In this document: positions 25,919 through 42,089 of the stretch, piece by piece
Layout: each line of letters opens with the position of its first letter
Position numbering within the stretch: position 1 is the stretch's first letter
NCBI GenBank assembly: GCA_964016885.1
Contig: OZ024743.1
Span: 106,330,001 to 106,394,000 of the forward strand
Origin: Eledone cirrhosa
Taxonomy: Eukaryota
Length of the DNA stretch: 64,000 nt
Direction: 5' to 3'
The notes under the pieces: model-generated
Databases searched by the model: none
The model's input: only the letters and a program-made list of their open reading frames with translations
Told to the model about the DNA's origin: nothing
Translations under genes and position numbers: made by a program

Positions 25919-26564
25919 GTATATTTATATTGGTAAACGGAATAGAACATGCTGACAAATTGTTCACAGTGAAAAATAGTTTAATTAGGAATAAGTGAGA
26001 ATTAGTAATGGTATTGGTTAGTATTAAGTTTTGGTTTTAAGTGTTACCGGTTGCGCATTTCTAATGCTTTCAAAAATAATTTTGAGATAGAGCATCAGTG
26101 TTGTTTGCTCTGATATGATTAGTTTTGGGAATTCTACCTGGTTTTATGATAAAAAAGTTGCTCCAGCGGTATTAAAATAAGTTTTGCGCCAATTCGTGTT
26201 GCAAAAATTCTTGTGGTCAAAACAATTTTGATTGGTCGGTAGAGGTCATGTGAATGTAAAAAATTGATTTTGCGCCAAATGTAGGTTTGTGTCGGCTGAC
26301 TGAAAAATAAGTCTTTCACAACAAACATGTGTGTGTGTGTGTAGTAGTAGTAAAGAAGTTCGTTGTTGTGATAATGGTCAGCAGGGTGTGTGTGCGAACC
26401 ACAGATTGTTGACAGTTCAAATGCCTATTAAGACAAGTGTGTCTGTGTGTGTGTGTAGCAGAGTAATTCGTGGTAGAGGGATGGTCAGTAGCAATGTGTC
26501 TGTAAGTGTGGGAGATATTTTATCATGTTAAAAGATATTTTTTCAGCTCTTGTCTTATACGGAT

Positions 26565-26644
<80 letters not shown>

Positions 26645-26909
26645 GCGTGTGCGTGTGCGTGTGTGTGCGTGTGCGTGTGTGTGTGTGTGTGTATATGTCT
26701 CTTTGTATGTTAATGTACGCGTGTGTATGTGTGTGTGTATATATGTGTGTGTGTTTGGGGGTGGGTGGATCAGTATTTATTTCTGGGTAAAATGGTGTAC
26801 ATTATTTGATATTTTCAGTAAAATCGATTCTCTCAATAGAACATCAAAAACCTTAATAATAAAAGGTGTGAAATGATATATAGTATTGGCATAATACCAA
26901 CATGTGTGT

Positions 26910-27305
26910 GAGTGTGTCCAGATTGTACGTACCGCAAGGCGGATTCATTAGGCCTTGCCGTATCGGAATACCTGTGCACAAATTTGTATCTGGAGTGTGT
27001 CCAGAAATTGTATACCTGTGCCCAAATTGTATACCTGTGCACAAATTGTACATATGTATCTGGATTGTGTCCAGAAATTGTATACCTGTGCACAAATTTG
27101 TATCTGGAGTGTGTCCAGAAATTGTATACCTGTGCCCAAATTGTATACCTGTGCACAAATTGTACATATGTATCTGGATTGTGTCCAGAAATTGTATACC
27201 TGTGCACGAATATGTATCTGGAGTGTGTCCAGATTGTACGTACTGCAAGGGGAATTCATTAGGCCTTGCCGTGTTGGAATACCTGTGCACAAATATGTAT
27301 GTGCC
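26910..27305. repeat. Minisatellite (~20-bp subunits, ~111-bp higher-order period) inside the PLE 3' UTR
   Basis: Repeated ttgtatacctgtgcacaaa and tatctggagtgtgtccagaaa blocks. Confidence 0.85.
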
Positions 27306-27443
27306 CATCAGTGTGCAATGCATGTGTGCGTTTATGTATGTGTGTGTGTCGGCACGTTTATATCTATAGACATCAACAGGTATGCAAATTTGTGTATATT
27401 TGTGTTGCACCATAGAACATGTGTGTTTACGTATGTCATTGTG

Positions 27444-28004
27444 TTAATATGTGGGTAGAGATGTATGCTGATGTAGGTATGTACGTTGACGTGTGTATGT
27501 TGTGGGTTCGTCATAGGGAGAAGTGTTTAGACGTGGTCCGTATTTGTTAATAAAGTAAGATTCCTTGCTGATGCGCTGGGTGTGGGTGGCATTATCTTTA
27601 AATTTGTAGAGGGGAAAGATTCTGAAGTTGGGATGATTTTGGGCGGCACAGGTATCAATGTGTTCACTCAGTGGTATTTTCCTGTATTCCCGTATTTTAA
27701 TTTGTGATCTATGGACAGTCATGCGTTGGCGGAGGCTGTTTTTGGTCTGGCCTATGTATTGTTCTCGACAACCTGAGCAAGTTAATACATATATTAGAAT
27801 TTCTGATGCGCATGTGAAATTGTGTTTTACTATAAAACGTTGTCCTTCTTTGAAATAGAATTCCGAACCCTCTATTAGGTTGATGCAAATGCCACAGTTG
27901 GGTCTATCGCATTTTTTTACTGTGGGTTTCGTTGTTGTGGTTGGCAGTACTTTGGCATGTGTTAAGATGTTTTTCATTGACTTGGATTGTCTTTTGCTCT
28001 TCAT
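27444..28004 (-). pseudogene. PLE Zn-finger plus GIY-YIG endonuclease
   Basis: KCDRPNCGIC, FTCAS..LIYVLTCSGCREQYIGQT, LRQRM..H and E.YFI.KY.P.LN. Confidence 0.92.
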
Positions 28005-28308
28005 GATATCGTGTGTTCATAGAATTTGGTTCATTCTATGGTCCTTTTTCAATACAGGGATGTTCTGGAGGATGGTGTCAAAGGCCTCATTGTTGAGGGG
28101 TTGTGTGTGGAGATGTATGGAAGAGCTTTTAGTTTCGGTTGATTTACTTTAGGGTGTCTAAGGTCCTGGGTACTGAGTTTTAGGGCACGTTGGATTCCAT
28201 TGCCAATTAGTGATGCAGGGTAGTACCTGCCTATGAGTGTGTCCTTTAGTTCTTGTAGCCGTAGGTAGCAGGTGTTTTTATTGGAGACTATAGTACATAT
28301 TCTTTTGG

Positions 28309-29760
28309 CTAAGTTGTAGGGAATATTAATTTTAACGTGTCTAGGGTGGCAAGAGTTGAAAAGAAGATATTACTTGGAGTCTGTGAGCTTGTAGTATATG
28401 TCTGTTCCTTTTTTTTGTTATGGATCTTAATGAGGATGTCGAGGAAGGGGAGTTGTTGATGGCTGTATTCCATCGTGAAGTTAATATTCGTTTTGAGCCC
28501 ATTTATAAGGGTGTGAAATTCTTTAAGTTTCTCGATGTTTTCGTGCCAAAGGATGAAGAAGTCATCTAGATATCGCTTCCAGTTCTTTTCTATGTGTATG
28601 TGGAGAGTGTTTCCAAATTTGTTTAGGACTTTAGTGTAGAGGGTGATTTCCAGGTATCCCATGACTAGGTTGGCATAACTGGGGGCTGTTTTCGTTCCCA
28701 TAGCGGTCCCAGATCTCTGCCTGTAGGGTTTGTTATTGAAAACGAAGTAATTGTTCTCCAAGATAAATTTGAGTCCCTCTATCACGAATTCTTTTTTGAT
28801 GCGTTATGGGAGTTCATTGTGGTAATTATCCAGCCAGAATTGGATAGCTTCTATTCCTAGGTTGTGGGGGGTGTTGGAGTATAAGTTGACTACATCGAAC
28901 GTCACTAGTAGGGTTTGTTCAGAAAGTGGCATATTAGGGAGGTGATTGAGCATATCTAGGTCGTACCTTATAATAGCTTTTGATGTGTTTGAGAAAAGGC
29001 TTGAGAAGGGTATCAATGAAGTTGTTAAGGCGGTGGGTTTTGCAAGCGGGGCCTGCAATTATAGGTGTTAATTTGAGATCATTGGGTGAGGGGACATTGA
29101 TGACTATGTCTGTGGCTTCCTTGCATGCCTACTTATTAATTCGTTTTTATGTACTTTAGAGATACCGTAGAAAAGGCTGGATTTACTTGTGAAGTCTGTG
29201 ATGAAGCTGAATTCCTTGTTAGTGAGTCCTTCTTTGTATTGCTTGATCAGAGTTTTTAGGTTTCTCATAATTTTCTGTTGATTGTAGTGTTCAGCCTTTT
29301 CGTAGTATGTTTCGTTTTCCAGAGTGGAGAGTGCTAAGTTGATATAGAATTCTGTCTCCATTAGGACTACTGTACTCCCTTTATCAGCCTCTTTAATTGT
29401 AATGGTTCTGTCGGTTTTTAATCTATTTAATTCTTCCCATTCTTTCTTGTTTAGGGTTGGCTTGTGTTTTTGTCTGTGCAAGTGTTGGTAAGGGAAGTTT
29501 GTGATGTGTTCACAGAATTCGTCAAGGATTTTATTTCTACCTTTTGATGGGGTGTAATTGCTTCTATTTCTGGCTGATTCATCCTCATTGTACTGGTCGA
29601 ATAGTTGTTCACTGAGTCGTAACATTCTACAGAAATCTGTGATGTCTTCCTTCATTTCATAGTAGTTAGGAGGTAGTGGGGTCGGTGTGAATTTAAGACC
29701 ATTGGAGAGTAAGTTGATAAGGTTGGGTGTTTGTTCTTCACTAGTAAGATTGATAATTGT
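28309..29760 (-). pseudogene. PLE reverse transcriptase
   Basis: GLKFTPTP, KEADKG, FDVVNLY, QRSGTAMG, RYLDD and LPFLDI. Confidence 0.92.
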
Positions 29761-31062
29761 TATTACTATCGTTTCTCCTGCCTGTTTTGTGTTATTTTGT
29801 TTGCCTGTATCTGTGTGCTGTGTCTAAAAAATGGTTGGGGTAGAGGGGTTGTCTGCTGATGTTAAGTCGTCTCCTGTGTTTGTTATATTCCTTGTTGTTG
29901 TAAAATGTGGTTCAGGTTGGTGATTGTAGATTGAATGGGGCGTACATGTACTGCGAGTATGGGTGTGTGTTTCTATGTGCCATGTTGGATTGTGGTGTTA
30001 TAGGTGGCCTACGTTGTTGTTTGTATCGTGTGGTGTGGGTTTGTTGTGTATTGTGGAAGCGAGAGTTGAGAAAATGGAAATTACCTTGCTGTCCACATGA
30101 AGCGGGGAAGTTGTTACATCTATCATGGTGGTGGTATCTTTTCCCTATGTTTGACGATAGGCATCCGCGTAGTAGTTGAGTGATTTGGTATGGTGTCTCC
30201 TTGAAGGGGGAAAGTTGTAAATGTCATTCTGGGGGAGATGATTTCTAGGGTTTTTGTTCCTTCTTATGGTAGCGAAGTTGGGAAGTTCATCTTCGGTGTG
30301 GTGCTTCCTTCTTCGTTTGTTAGTGGCTTGGGGGTTTGCGAAGTTGTTGTGTGGTTCAGTTATGGGTTTTCCTATTTTTATGAACGGGTTATTGGAGGTG
30401 TAATCCGTTTGAAATGTCGATTCATAGTGTAGGAACCAAGCGGCACTTTTTTCCCAGCGTTGAAGGGATTTCAGTTCTTCTCTGTTGCAGTCCCCTTTCA
30501 ATAATTTGGAGATCTTCTCTACCTTGGAGCCTTCCGTTTTATTGTTGATTTCTAGGAGGATCTCTTCATCGATGGTTTTGATTTTTTCCTCATTTGTCTG
30601 GGCCCTCAGTTTAAGAAGTTCAATTTCTGTCTTCATTTTTTCCAATGCCATTCTTTCCCTAAGGTGTCTTTGAGGTTCGGATTCATTTGGAATGGACTTT
30701 ATTTGTATTTTACGGGGGAGAGTTAGAGGGGTTGAGTTAAGCCATTTTTCATATATCTCCGCTTTGTTGTGATTCTGTATCATTTTCCAGAATGAGAACT
30801 TTCTGTCTTTGAGGGATTTGTTCCATTTTGGAATTGTTCGAATTTTCATTTTGTATGAATCAATCTCACATGGTTCTTCGTTGGTTTTTCCTGGGTTGGT
30901 AGAAGTGAACATAGTTTGGATAGTATATATATTCAAGAAAGAAGAGTGACATGGTTGGCTTTACAAAAAGGGCTTTATTCACATTGGTGACAATTGTTTC
31001 TTCGTAGTACCCTAACTGGACTACATCTAAGTGGATTACCTATTACAATAACTTGTTATCCC

Positions 31063-31790
<728 letters not shown>

Positions 31791-32399
31791 GACTGCGTGT
31801 ATGTGTGCATGTACAGGTGTATGGATTTATATATATGTATACATAAGATATTTTCGACTTGTTCATAAATTCCTGGGGATCTAATTGACATTGTATATAT
31901 ATATGTTTATGCATGCAAGTCTGTGTGTGTGTGTGTGTATACAAATGTTTATGTGTATCTATATATATATATGCTATTGTGGGCCACTATAGTATTTTAG
32001 GGGCCAATGCTTTGCTTTCAAAAAATACCTGAAATCTAGGAGAAAGAATAATTTTGTTATATATAAATGAATCATATATATATATTCTTTTCTTTCTTTT
32101 TTCTTTTCTTTATATATATATATATATATACATATATTTATAGTAATAATAATAAATTTGAAAACTAAAATACATATGCGTGTGTGTGTGTGCGTGTGTA
32201 TGTATATATATGTGTGTATTTATATATATATGTGTGTATGTATATATATATATGTATATATATATAATATATATATATATACATATATATTTATATTTAT
32301 ATATACATATATATATATATATATATACACATATACGGTGGGTGTATATATACTTACACATACACAGGAACTACTGACGAAATAATGTTTGTTACCAAT

Positions 32400-33680
<1,281 letters not shown>

Positions 33681-33792
33681 AAAATGGTATCTAAATGACT
33701 CCCTCATATATTGTTCGGGAAAGAAAACTTATATATATATGTGTGTGTGTGTGTGGGGGGGTATGCGTGTGTGTGTGTGTGTGTGTGTGTGC

Positions 33793-33825
<33 letters not shown>

Positions 33826-33973
33826 TGTGTGTATGTGTGTGTGTGTGTGTATGTGTGTGTGTGTATGTGCCTGTGTGTGTGTGTGTGTGTATGTGTGTGT
33901 GTGCGTGTGTGTGAATACACACTAACATATATATATATATGTAGCCCTTTGTTTGGTGTCTGTGGTCGAGTGT

Positions 33974-34033
<60 letters not shown>

Positions 34034-34598
34034 CGTGGCAAAAATACATGCATATGCAATTTATATGATTTATTGACCAACAAATTAGATGTTTTGTAAT
34101 ATGTATATGTGGAGGTTCCCTCCTTTTTTCAACAGATGTAGCATAACATGTTACAATATTATATTATTAGAAGCTCTATTAAACACCATAACCTTAGGCG
34201 TATGATGAAATATTTCAGAATTTGGTTATTATGGAAGAGAATGAAGACAACTAACATTTTGAAAAATGAGGATTCGTTACATGAATATAATAGAGATAAC
34301 TAAACCATTTTACATGGGAATTAAACGAAAGGAATTATCAAAATAATACAAGCATAACAAAAAACAAATAAGAATTTCCTAAGAAAGTATTCCGTTAGAA
34401 GGTGTGGTGGCAGTGTTTTAGAAAATGTATGGGAACCTGGTAAAATGAAATAAAACAATATATTATGTTTTTGTATTTTCAAAGTTTCTTTTAGAAATTT
34501 CAAAGAAGGCTGGAATAAAAAAGTGACAATGCTATGATGTTGCATTCCTTAAGGTTATGGGATGTTTCTGCTCTTAGCTGTGTGGGTGTGAGAGTTTG

Positions 34599-34632
<34 letters not shown>

Positions 34633-34868
34633 CGTGTGGGTGTGTATGCGTGTGTGTGAGTGCGTGTGTGTGTGTGTGTTTGTGTATGCATACATGTATG
34701 TATGTATCATTTTTCAATCCACTTTTTATTTTACTTCGTTCTCCTTTAATTTTTATTATGCAAAACTGTTTTTTAAATTTTACGTTTCCTCAGTAAATTC
34801 ATTTTTTTAATATTAATATTATATATATATTTATATATATATTTATATATATATATATACATATAAAT

Positions 34869-34926
<58 letters not shown>

Positions 34927-34953
34927 CACGTATATATATATATGTGTGTGTTT

Positions 34954-35011
34954 TCTACTTCTGAAGAACACCCTTTTCTCCAGGGAAAAGGGGCGAAGAC
35001 GGAGAAGTAGA
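34954..35011 (+). ncRNA. Degenerate HHR-like motif (solo pLTR remnant)
   Basis: ucuacuu-CUGAAGA-aca cccuuuucuc ca gggaaaaggg gc-GAAG-acggag-aaguaga. Confidence 0.45.
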
Positions 35012-35374
35012 GGACAAGGATGAAGAGAAATAATAACACGTATTGTATGTTATTGTTTGTATTTTCTTCTCGTTTGTGTTGATACTTTTTAAATGTCTCA
35101 GGGAATTCATTTTAATAGAAGATTCTGGCGTTTATCATTCTTTTTGTTCTCAATTTAACTACACATAGGATGATTCCGTTTTCTGCCGGCAACAGCTTTT
35201 CAATTTCCACGCCTGTCTATCATTACGAGCGATCATTCTATATGAATGCGATTATTCTCTTCCTATTTGGCTTCTTTAGCTTCCAGCAACAGATTAGTTT
35301 ATTTCGAGTTATAATAATGCTAACACACGCACACACACAAAACACACACGCGCTCAACAAACAGACGGGCACAA

Positions 35375-35478
<104 letters not shown>

Positions 35479-35946
35479 TTATTTATTTATTTATATATAT
35501 ATATATTTTTAGATTATTCTCTATCCTGCTTCTCATTTTCTCTGTATCTTCCTTTCATTCTATGCTGTTGTCTATAGCTACTACTGAATTATTTTAATAT
35601 TTCTCTTAAATCGCATAGGCAAGAACCCAATATATTTGCACACACAAACACGCAAATGTATTAAAAAGAATATGTTTATATTTATGTATATATGCGTGTA
35701 TCTGTTTGTAATAATTGTTATGTTTTTTATACATACCACAGTAACACACATGTATACATATTTAAATACAGATGCCTTTAAAACAGAATATAAGTTTACG
35801 CAATGATATCAATTAATGTTTTCAAGTTACATATTCTATAACTTTATTTATTTATTGTAACAGGTATGTTATATAACACTGAACTACAGATTCTGGTGCA
35901 TTGGACACGTATTTTCTCGAGATAAAGCACTGCGTTTCAGACACAG

Positions 35947-36077
<131 letters not shown>

Positions 36078-36099
36078 TGTGTGTGTGTGTCTGTCTGTC

Positions 36100-36136
<37 letters not shown>

Positions 36137-36145
36137 ATATATATG

Positions 36146-36186
<41 letters not shown>

Positions 36187-36251
36187 GACGTAAAATAAGA
36201 AAATTATAAAAATTAACTTACTTACTAAAGTAGATATTGGTAGATATACTA

Positions 36252-36327
<76 letters not shown>

Positions 36328-37203
36328 TATATTTGTATATATATATGTGTGTGTATGTGTGTGTTTTTCTCTGTGTGCGTGTTTATATGTATATATGTTC
36401 TACCTATGCTTCAAATGCTAGTGCGAAACAGTAACTCAGGCATTCGATGCACTCCGTTACATACAATATTACAGTGAAGCGTGCAACAGGAAAATGAATT
36501 TATGAATCCAACATTATCTAACTCAGAACAAAGAAAACAATTCGAAGAAAGCCACGTCATAAACAATAATACTTTAAACAACACCTTGTATCCCTTATCA
36601 AAAAGAAGCAATATAGTTTCCTTTGCACCATCCATCACTGGTTTTACGAATGTTATGGCTCTATAATAACAGACCTGAAACAGAAATCTGTTTATCCCCT
36701 CTAACGAGCCAACATTTAACCATCGTTTCGCGCTATTATTATCCACTGTCACATCTTTAATCACATCTCATTTTTTTTATCTCTGTATGGATCAATTACA
36801 AAACAGATACCTAACATACGGTCTTTAAATTGAACTACATCCATATTGAGTTCGTCATTTTATAGATCGAGTGAGCACAATATTACAGCTATACATAAAA
36901 ATAATACATTTTAATATTGTCATCTATATATACATGGTGGATGGATAAAGTCCATTATATTGAAATCAGTACATGACTGGTAGTATATATTATCGAACGT
37001 TGGACGAAAGAAAGTAAAGTAAGTAACTCTAATCATTTAATAGTATTTTCCCGATGCACCAGCGATTTTGCAACTCTCTCGCTTTCTCTAAGTAAGCAAT
37101 GACAAAAGGATAACGTCATTCACCCAACCACCTCTCTATCTCTCCGTGATCTGTGTATCTATAAACACACACGTACACATACGCACACACACATGCTCAC
37201 ATA

Positions 37204-37284
<81 letters not shown>

Positions 37285-37287
37285 TTA

Positions 37288-37500
37288 TTAGAGTTTAAGC
37301 AAAGAATCGCTGCTTTCACCCTCAACGGGATCTTCTGAAACTAACAAAGTCAATCTGTAAACGCAGAAGTGCATATTTCAAAAAACGTTGCAACCGGTGG
37401 AAGACAGGAAGACGATATTTGCTCTACGGTTCTTATATATTTGATATATATTTATCCTTATCGAGCCTTCTTTGGATTTTAGTCTTCAAATTTATTATTA
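37288..37500 (-). mobile_element. Copy of the 1988-2180 mini fold-back family
   Basis: 37292-37352 is the reverse complement of about 2015-2075; 37415-37498 matches 2096-2178. Confidence 0.8.
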
Positions 37501-38312
37501 TTACTATATTTATATATATATATCTTTTACACACACACGTACACATACGCACATACATACTCACACACTTATACACACACACATATACAGAGAGAGATAG
37601 AGAGAGTGAGGCATATTTACACACATACGTACATACATTGCTATATGTGTATATGTGATTTGAAATTGTTGCCATGCATATTACGTGAAGTATTGTAAAA
37701 ATCATAAGTTTTGTTTCGACACGAAACTGAGAATTCTATTCTTGGAATAATTGAATGACAAACTAAACAGGAAAAAAATGCTCGGTGTATATCTTGTCAT
37801 GTATTGATCTATTCTGTCATATAAAAATCATATTATATCAACAATCATTACCTGGTTGCTTAGAAACATATTTCTGTAAATTATGTCTGTTGTCGACAAA
37901 TTGTTACTACGATGACAACAGTATTTCAGATAGTTTTCCTCTGAATAATTATATATATAATCATTTCCATCAAATATTCTTTGTGAACTGCATGAGATAA
38001 TAGAATTGAATTTTTCTTTGGTTGCTTTTCTTTCTTATACTTGCAATAAATATGCACTCTATAAAATTGCATATTTTTACCTTAAGAAAATTATAAGATA
38101 CACGCATGCTCAGATAATGAGGTGTAAATTTGAATTTGTTTATATTATTTCTATGTGAGATTTTTCCCATATATATTAATACATATAGACACACACGTAG
38201 ATACACACAGACCCACAGACGCACGCCCCCCCCCCCATATATATATATATATATATAGTAAAAAATTGAACGGGAACAAAACAGAGAGGCAGTAGGAACA
38301 AAGGTTTAATAG

Positions 38313-38371
<59 letters not shown>

Positions 38372-38520
38372 ATTTTTATATGGAGCTAACCGACCAGATA
38401 TGTAAAAACACATTGTAGTCGGTCAGCTGTGATGCAGATAACATACATGAAGCGCTCAATCACAGGTATAAATTGTACACGCTGGTGTATCATAGAGTAT
38501 CAAATAGATTGAAGACCATA

Positions 38521-38550
<30 letters not shown>

Positions 38551-38558
<8 letters not shown>

Positions 38559-39654
38559 CAAATAACGAAACGAAATTAAATTTCGTTTCGTTTGTAACTC
38601 ACTTTTGTATGACTGACGCTTAAACAATTAAGTTAAAAGTGTACATCCACATATGTATACTGAAATACTAGTATGCATATAAATACACACACGTATACAT
38701 ATGTACATGTACCGAGTTTTTCACTGGACACTTTACTGTGAGTGTCCAGCTAGTCTGTATGTAACCAAACAGACAAACCGGGTTTTAGAGTCATACGGGT
38801 TTTCAAGGAAACACCTTTACTCTATTCTCCAGAGAGCCAGACAGGAATATTGGACTAGTTTCGATGTTATTACATCTCATCATCAATATATACCCATCTT
38901 CCGGCTTCTCTAGAGAATCGTAAAAGCACATATCGTTATATGCTTTTTCTATGAAAATTAGTAGTGGGCAGACTAATTTGCACAGAACGTGAGTTGTACG
39001 CACCGGTTCAGCGGAAACGATAAAAACAAATAACGAAACGAAATTAAATTTCGTTTCGTTTGTAACTCACTTTTGTATGACTGACGCTTAAACAATTAAG
39101 TTAAAAGTGTACATCCACATATGTATACTGAAATACTAGTATGCATATAAATACACACACGTATACATATGTACATGTACCGAGTTTTTCACTGGACACT
39201 TTACTGTGAGTGTCCAGCTAGTCTGTATGTAACCAAACAGACAAACCGGGTTTTAGAGTCATACGGGTTTTCAAGGAAACACCTTTCCTCTATTCTGTGC
39301 AAATTAGTCTGCCCACTACTAATTTTCATAGAAAAAGCATATAACGATATGTGCTTTTACGATTCTCTAGAGAAGCCGGAAGATGGGTATATATTGATGA
39401 TGAGATGTAATAACATCGAAAATAGTCCAATATTCCTGTCTGGCTCTCTGGCGAATAGAGTAAAGGTGTTTCCTTGAAAACCCGTATGACTCTAAAACCC
39501 GGTTTGTCTGTTTGGTTACATACAGACTAGCTGGACACTCACAGTAAAGTGTCCAGTGAAAAACTCGGTACATGTACATATGTATACGTGTGTGTATTTA
39601 TATGCATACTAGTATTTCAGTATACATATGTGGATGTACACTTTTAACTTAATT
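38551..39654. mobile_element. ORF-less pLTR array: direct repeat (period ~468 bp) plus inverted copy
   Basis: 38551-38827 matches 39021-39296; 39293-39654 is the reverse complement of 38627-38987. Flanked by (TA)n. Confidence 0.9.
38847..38889 (-). ncRNA. Minimal type I HHR with A3 (sense copy at 39391-39433)
   Basis: auauug-AUGAUGA-gaugu aaua acauc-GAAAC-ua-GUC-caauau. Confidence 0.65.
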
Positions 39655-39756
39655 ATATATATATATATATATCCCTATTTACCTATCTCTCTCTATCCCT
39701 CTTTCCCACCTCTCTCTCTTTATATACACACACACACTCACTCACACACACATACA

Positions 39757-39799
<43 letters not shown>

Positions 39800-41388
39800 A
39801 CACACACACACACACACGCATATATATATATATATGAACATGCAGGATAATGTAAATAAAAGGTGAAGGAAAACAATGTCCAATCAACTGCTTATTTAGT
39901 ATATTTAAAATGCCATGCACTTAAAATGTATGCTTTACCTTAGGTCTCTTGGACCAGTCATGACCAACACTGTAGAGTGGAAGACCCGTTTGAAAACTGG
40001 ACTCTCATCGGGCGCTCAGACAAAATTACGAAAAAAATATATCACGTAACCCAAATATATTTGGTCTTAGAACAAGCGAGAGAATTTCCGAGTTCTTGAT
40101 TTCTTAGTGTAGGAGGGTGTATATGTCTAATATGTATATGACTTGAGTTGCGAGCTAATTATCTAAAAAATGTTAACACTTGGAATGAGATCTTTACCAA
40201 TAGAGATCGTAGAATGTTCTCTCTTGAGTGTGTATATATATATATGGACAACATTTCTTCTATGAAGGTACTTTAAACAGAAAACCCTCGCGAAAATCTA
40301 CAATCATGGAAACCTAAGTCGAAGCTACAATTGACCAATGTGATTTCAAATTTCACTACAAAAACCGACGTTTTCTGCATAATAAAATCAATTGGTTCAT
40401 TTGCATTAGAAGTATAACTCACTCTCGAATCCGACACATATATTTACAATCAGCTGTTTCATCACATTGTACTACACAGAATAAAACAGAGTTCGATACG
40501 ATGGCAATAAGAAGCACTAAATAACATATCTTAAAATACGTATTACTAATGTCATATATTTTGTTATCATTTAGTGCGAAGCTCTATATCCAATATTGTG
40601 CCAGTCCCATGAGCAGAATACACAGGTGATAATCATGAAACCTGCGAACGCTGGCGAATTAAGAAGCACTGGATAACATCTCGTAAAATACATATGGCTA
40701 AGGCCATATATATATATATATGCATCTATTTATCTCTTTTTTCTGCCTCACACTCTCTCTTCCTACATACACAATTTTATAAAGTAATCGTATTTATAAC
40801 ATTTGATAAAAAATATCGAATTATTTTCTTATTAGTCCTAGTATCTATTACTATACATATATTATTATAGTATTTTGTTATACCCACACACAAATCCAAA
40901 ATAAATTATGTTCCGAACCTACAAAATCTATTAGAACGAAGTGAAAATGTTCTTTCTAGTTTTCGTTATTTCCCAGATTTATTTTTTATGAGTAAATAAA
41001 ATGTATTTAAAAACCACTCTAAAGCACAAAAAACAACAACAAAACATTCGTATGACATGAATATTTGTCAAAGAGAAAGTAAAACAGAACATCATAACAT
41101 AAGAAATTAAATAAACAAACAATGTAAACTCTAAATCTTGAAATATAAACGAAATTATATTGAAATAAAATGTTATAAAACTTTCAAACATCTCCATTCT
41201 TTCCACTTATGAACGCCTGTAGATTTATTTTTAAATCACATTTTTATGACTCACATTTCTATTTCGGATTCTGAAAATGATATCTATAGAATAAGTTTGT
41301 ATGTGTGTGTTTGCTCTGCTTTTGCTATAATAACATTATACAGACACGCACACGCGCGCACACACACATACACACACACACACGTATA

Positions 41389-41490
41389 TATTTATTAAAA
41401 TAACATTAACATTTAAGCAAAAAATCGCTGCTTTCACCCTTAAAGAGCTCTCTTTGGATTTTAGTCTTCACATTTATTATTATTACTATA
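41389..41490. mobile_element. Short remnant of the 1988-2180 family
   Basis: tttaagcaaaaaatcgctgctttcaccctt followed by ctttggattttagtcttcacatttatta. Confidence 0.7.
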
Positions 41491-42089
41491 AATATATATA
41501 TATATATATAAAGGTAGCGTTGAATGATTCCATAGAGCGCTCCATGCAGCCTACAATGCTAGTATATTATAGTATAGTTATCTTCAACATGGTTTTGAAC
41601 TACCATTTGTTTCCAATCCATTTCATGTAGTTGAGATTGTATTTTTGAACTTCTGCTTTCGAGATGTTCATTGGGGCAACTATAAAATAAAGATGACTGA
41701 CGTTATTCATATATGATATCATTCGTTACAATGGGTATAATTCTCTGCTTAATTCCTGTTTTTTTCAAATTGAGAGGAACGACACTTGCTTATTTGAGTT
41801 TATGATGCTTATTGTTATTATATCATTGTATGTTTGCAACACGTAGTATATGGGTGAGTGTGTATGCAACTATGCATTCACTTGAGGCCGGTTGGTCGTT
41901 TACAGTTGGTATAATCGTGGCGTGATAGACAATTGGTCTTGTGTTACGTTTTTGCTGTTCGGGGACATTCGGCCTTTTTCTTACATAAGTATCGAGTCTT
42001 GTGCTCTGTTGTTCTTTTTGCAATTATTTTTTACTTATTCGATGGTCCAAATATGTAGCTAAACATTCTCGACTGAATATTAAATATAT

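Larger units (their letters stand above)
25920..31043 (-). mobile_element. Near full-length (~5.1 kb) Naiad-like PLE, frameshifted
   Basis: ORFs 30145-30936 (N-terminus), 29104-29655 (IKEADKG), 28804-29058 (LVTFDVVNLYSN), 28309-28785 (GTAMG…WKRYLDD) and 27444-28004 (CxxxxCxxC, IYVLTC..C..YIGQT). Both ends lie in (TA)n. Confidence 0.92.

Noticed and set aside
26910-27305. CRISPR-like periodicity
   Set aside because: No unique spacers, no cas genes and a eukaryotic context; it is a minisatellite.
36411-36764. Non-repetitive ORFs on both strands
   Set aside because: No recognisable domain or splice support.
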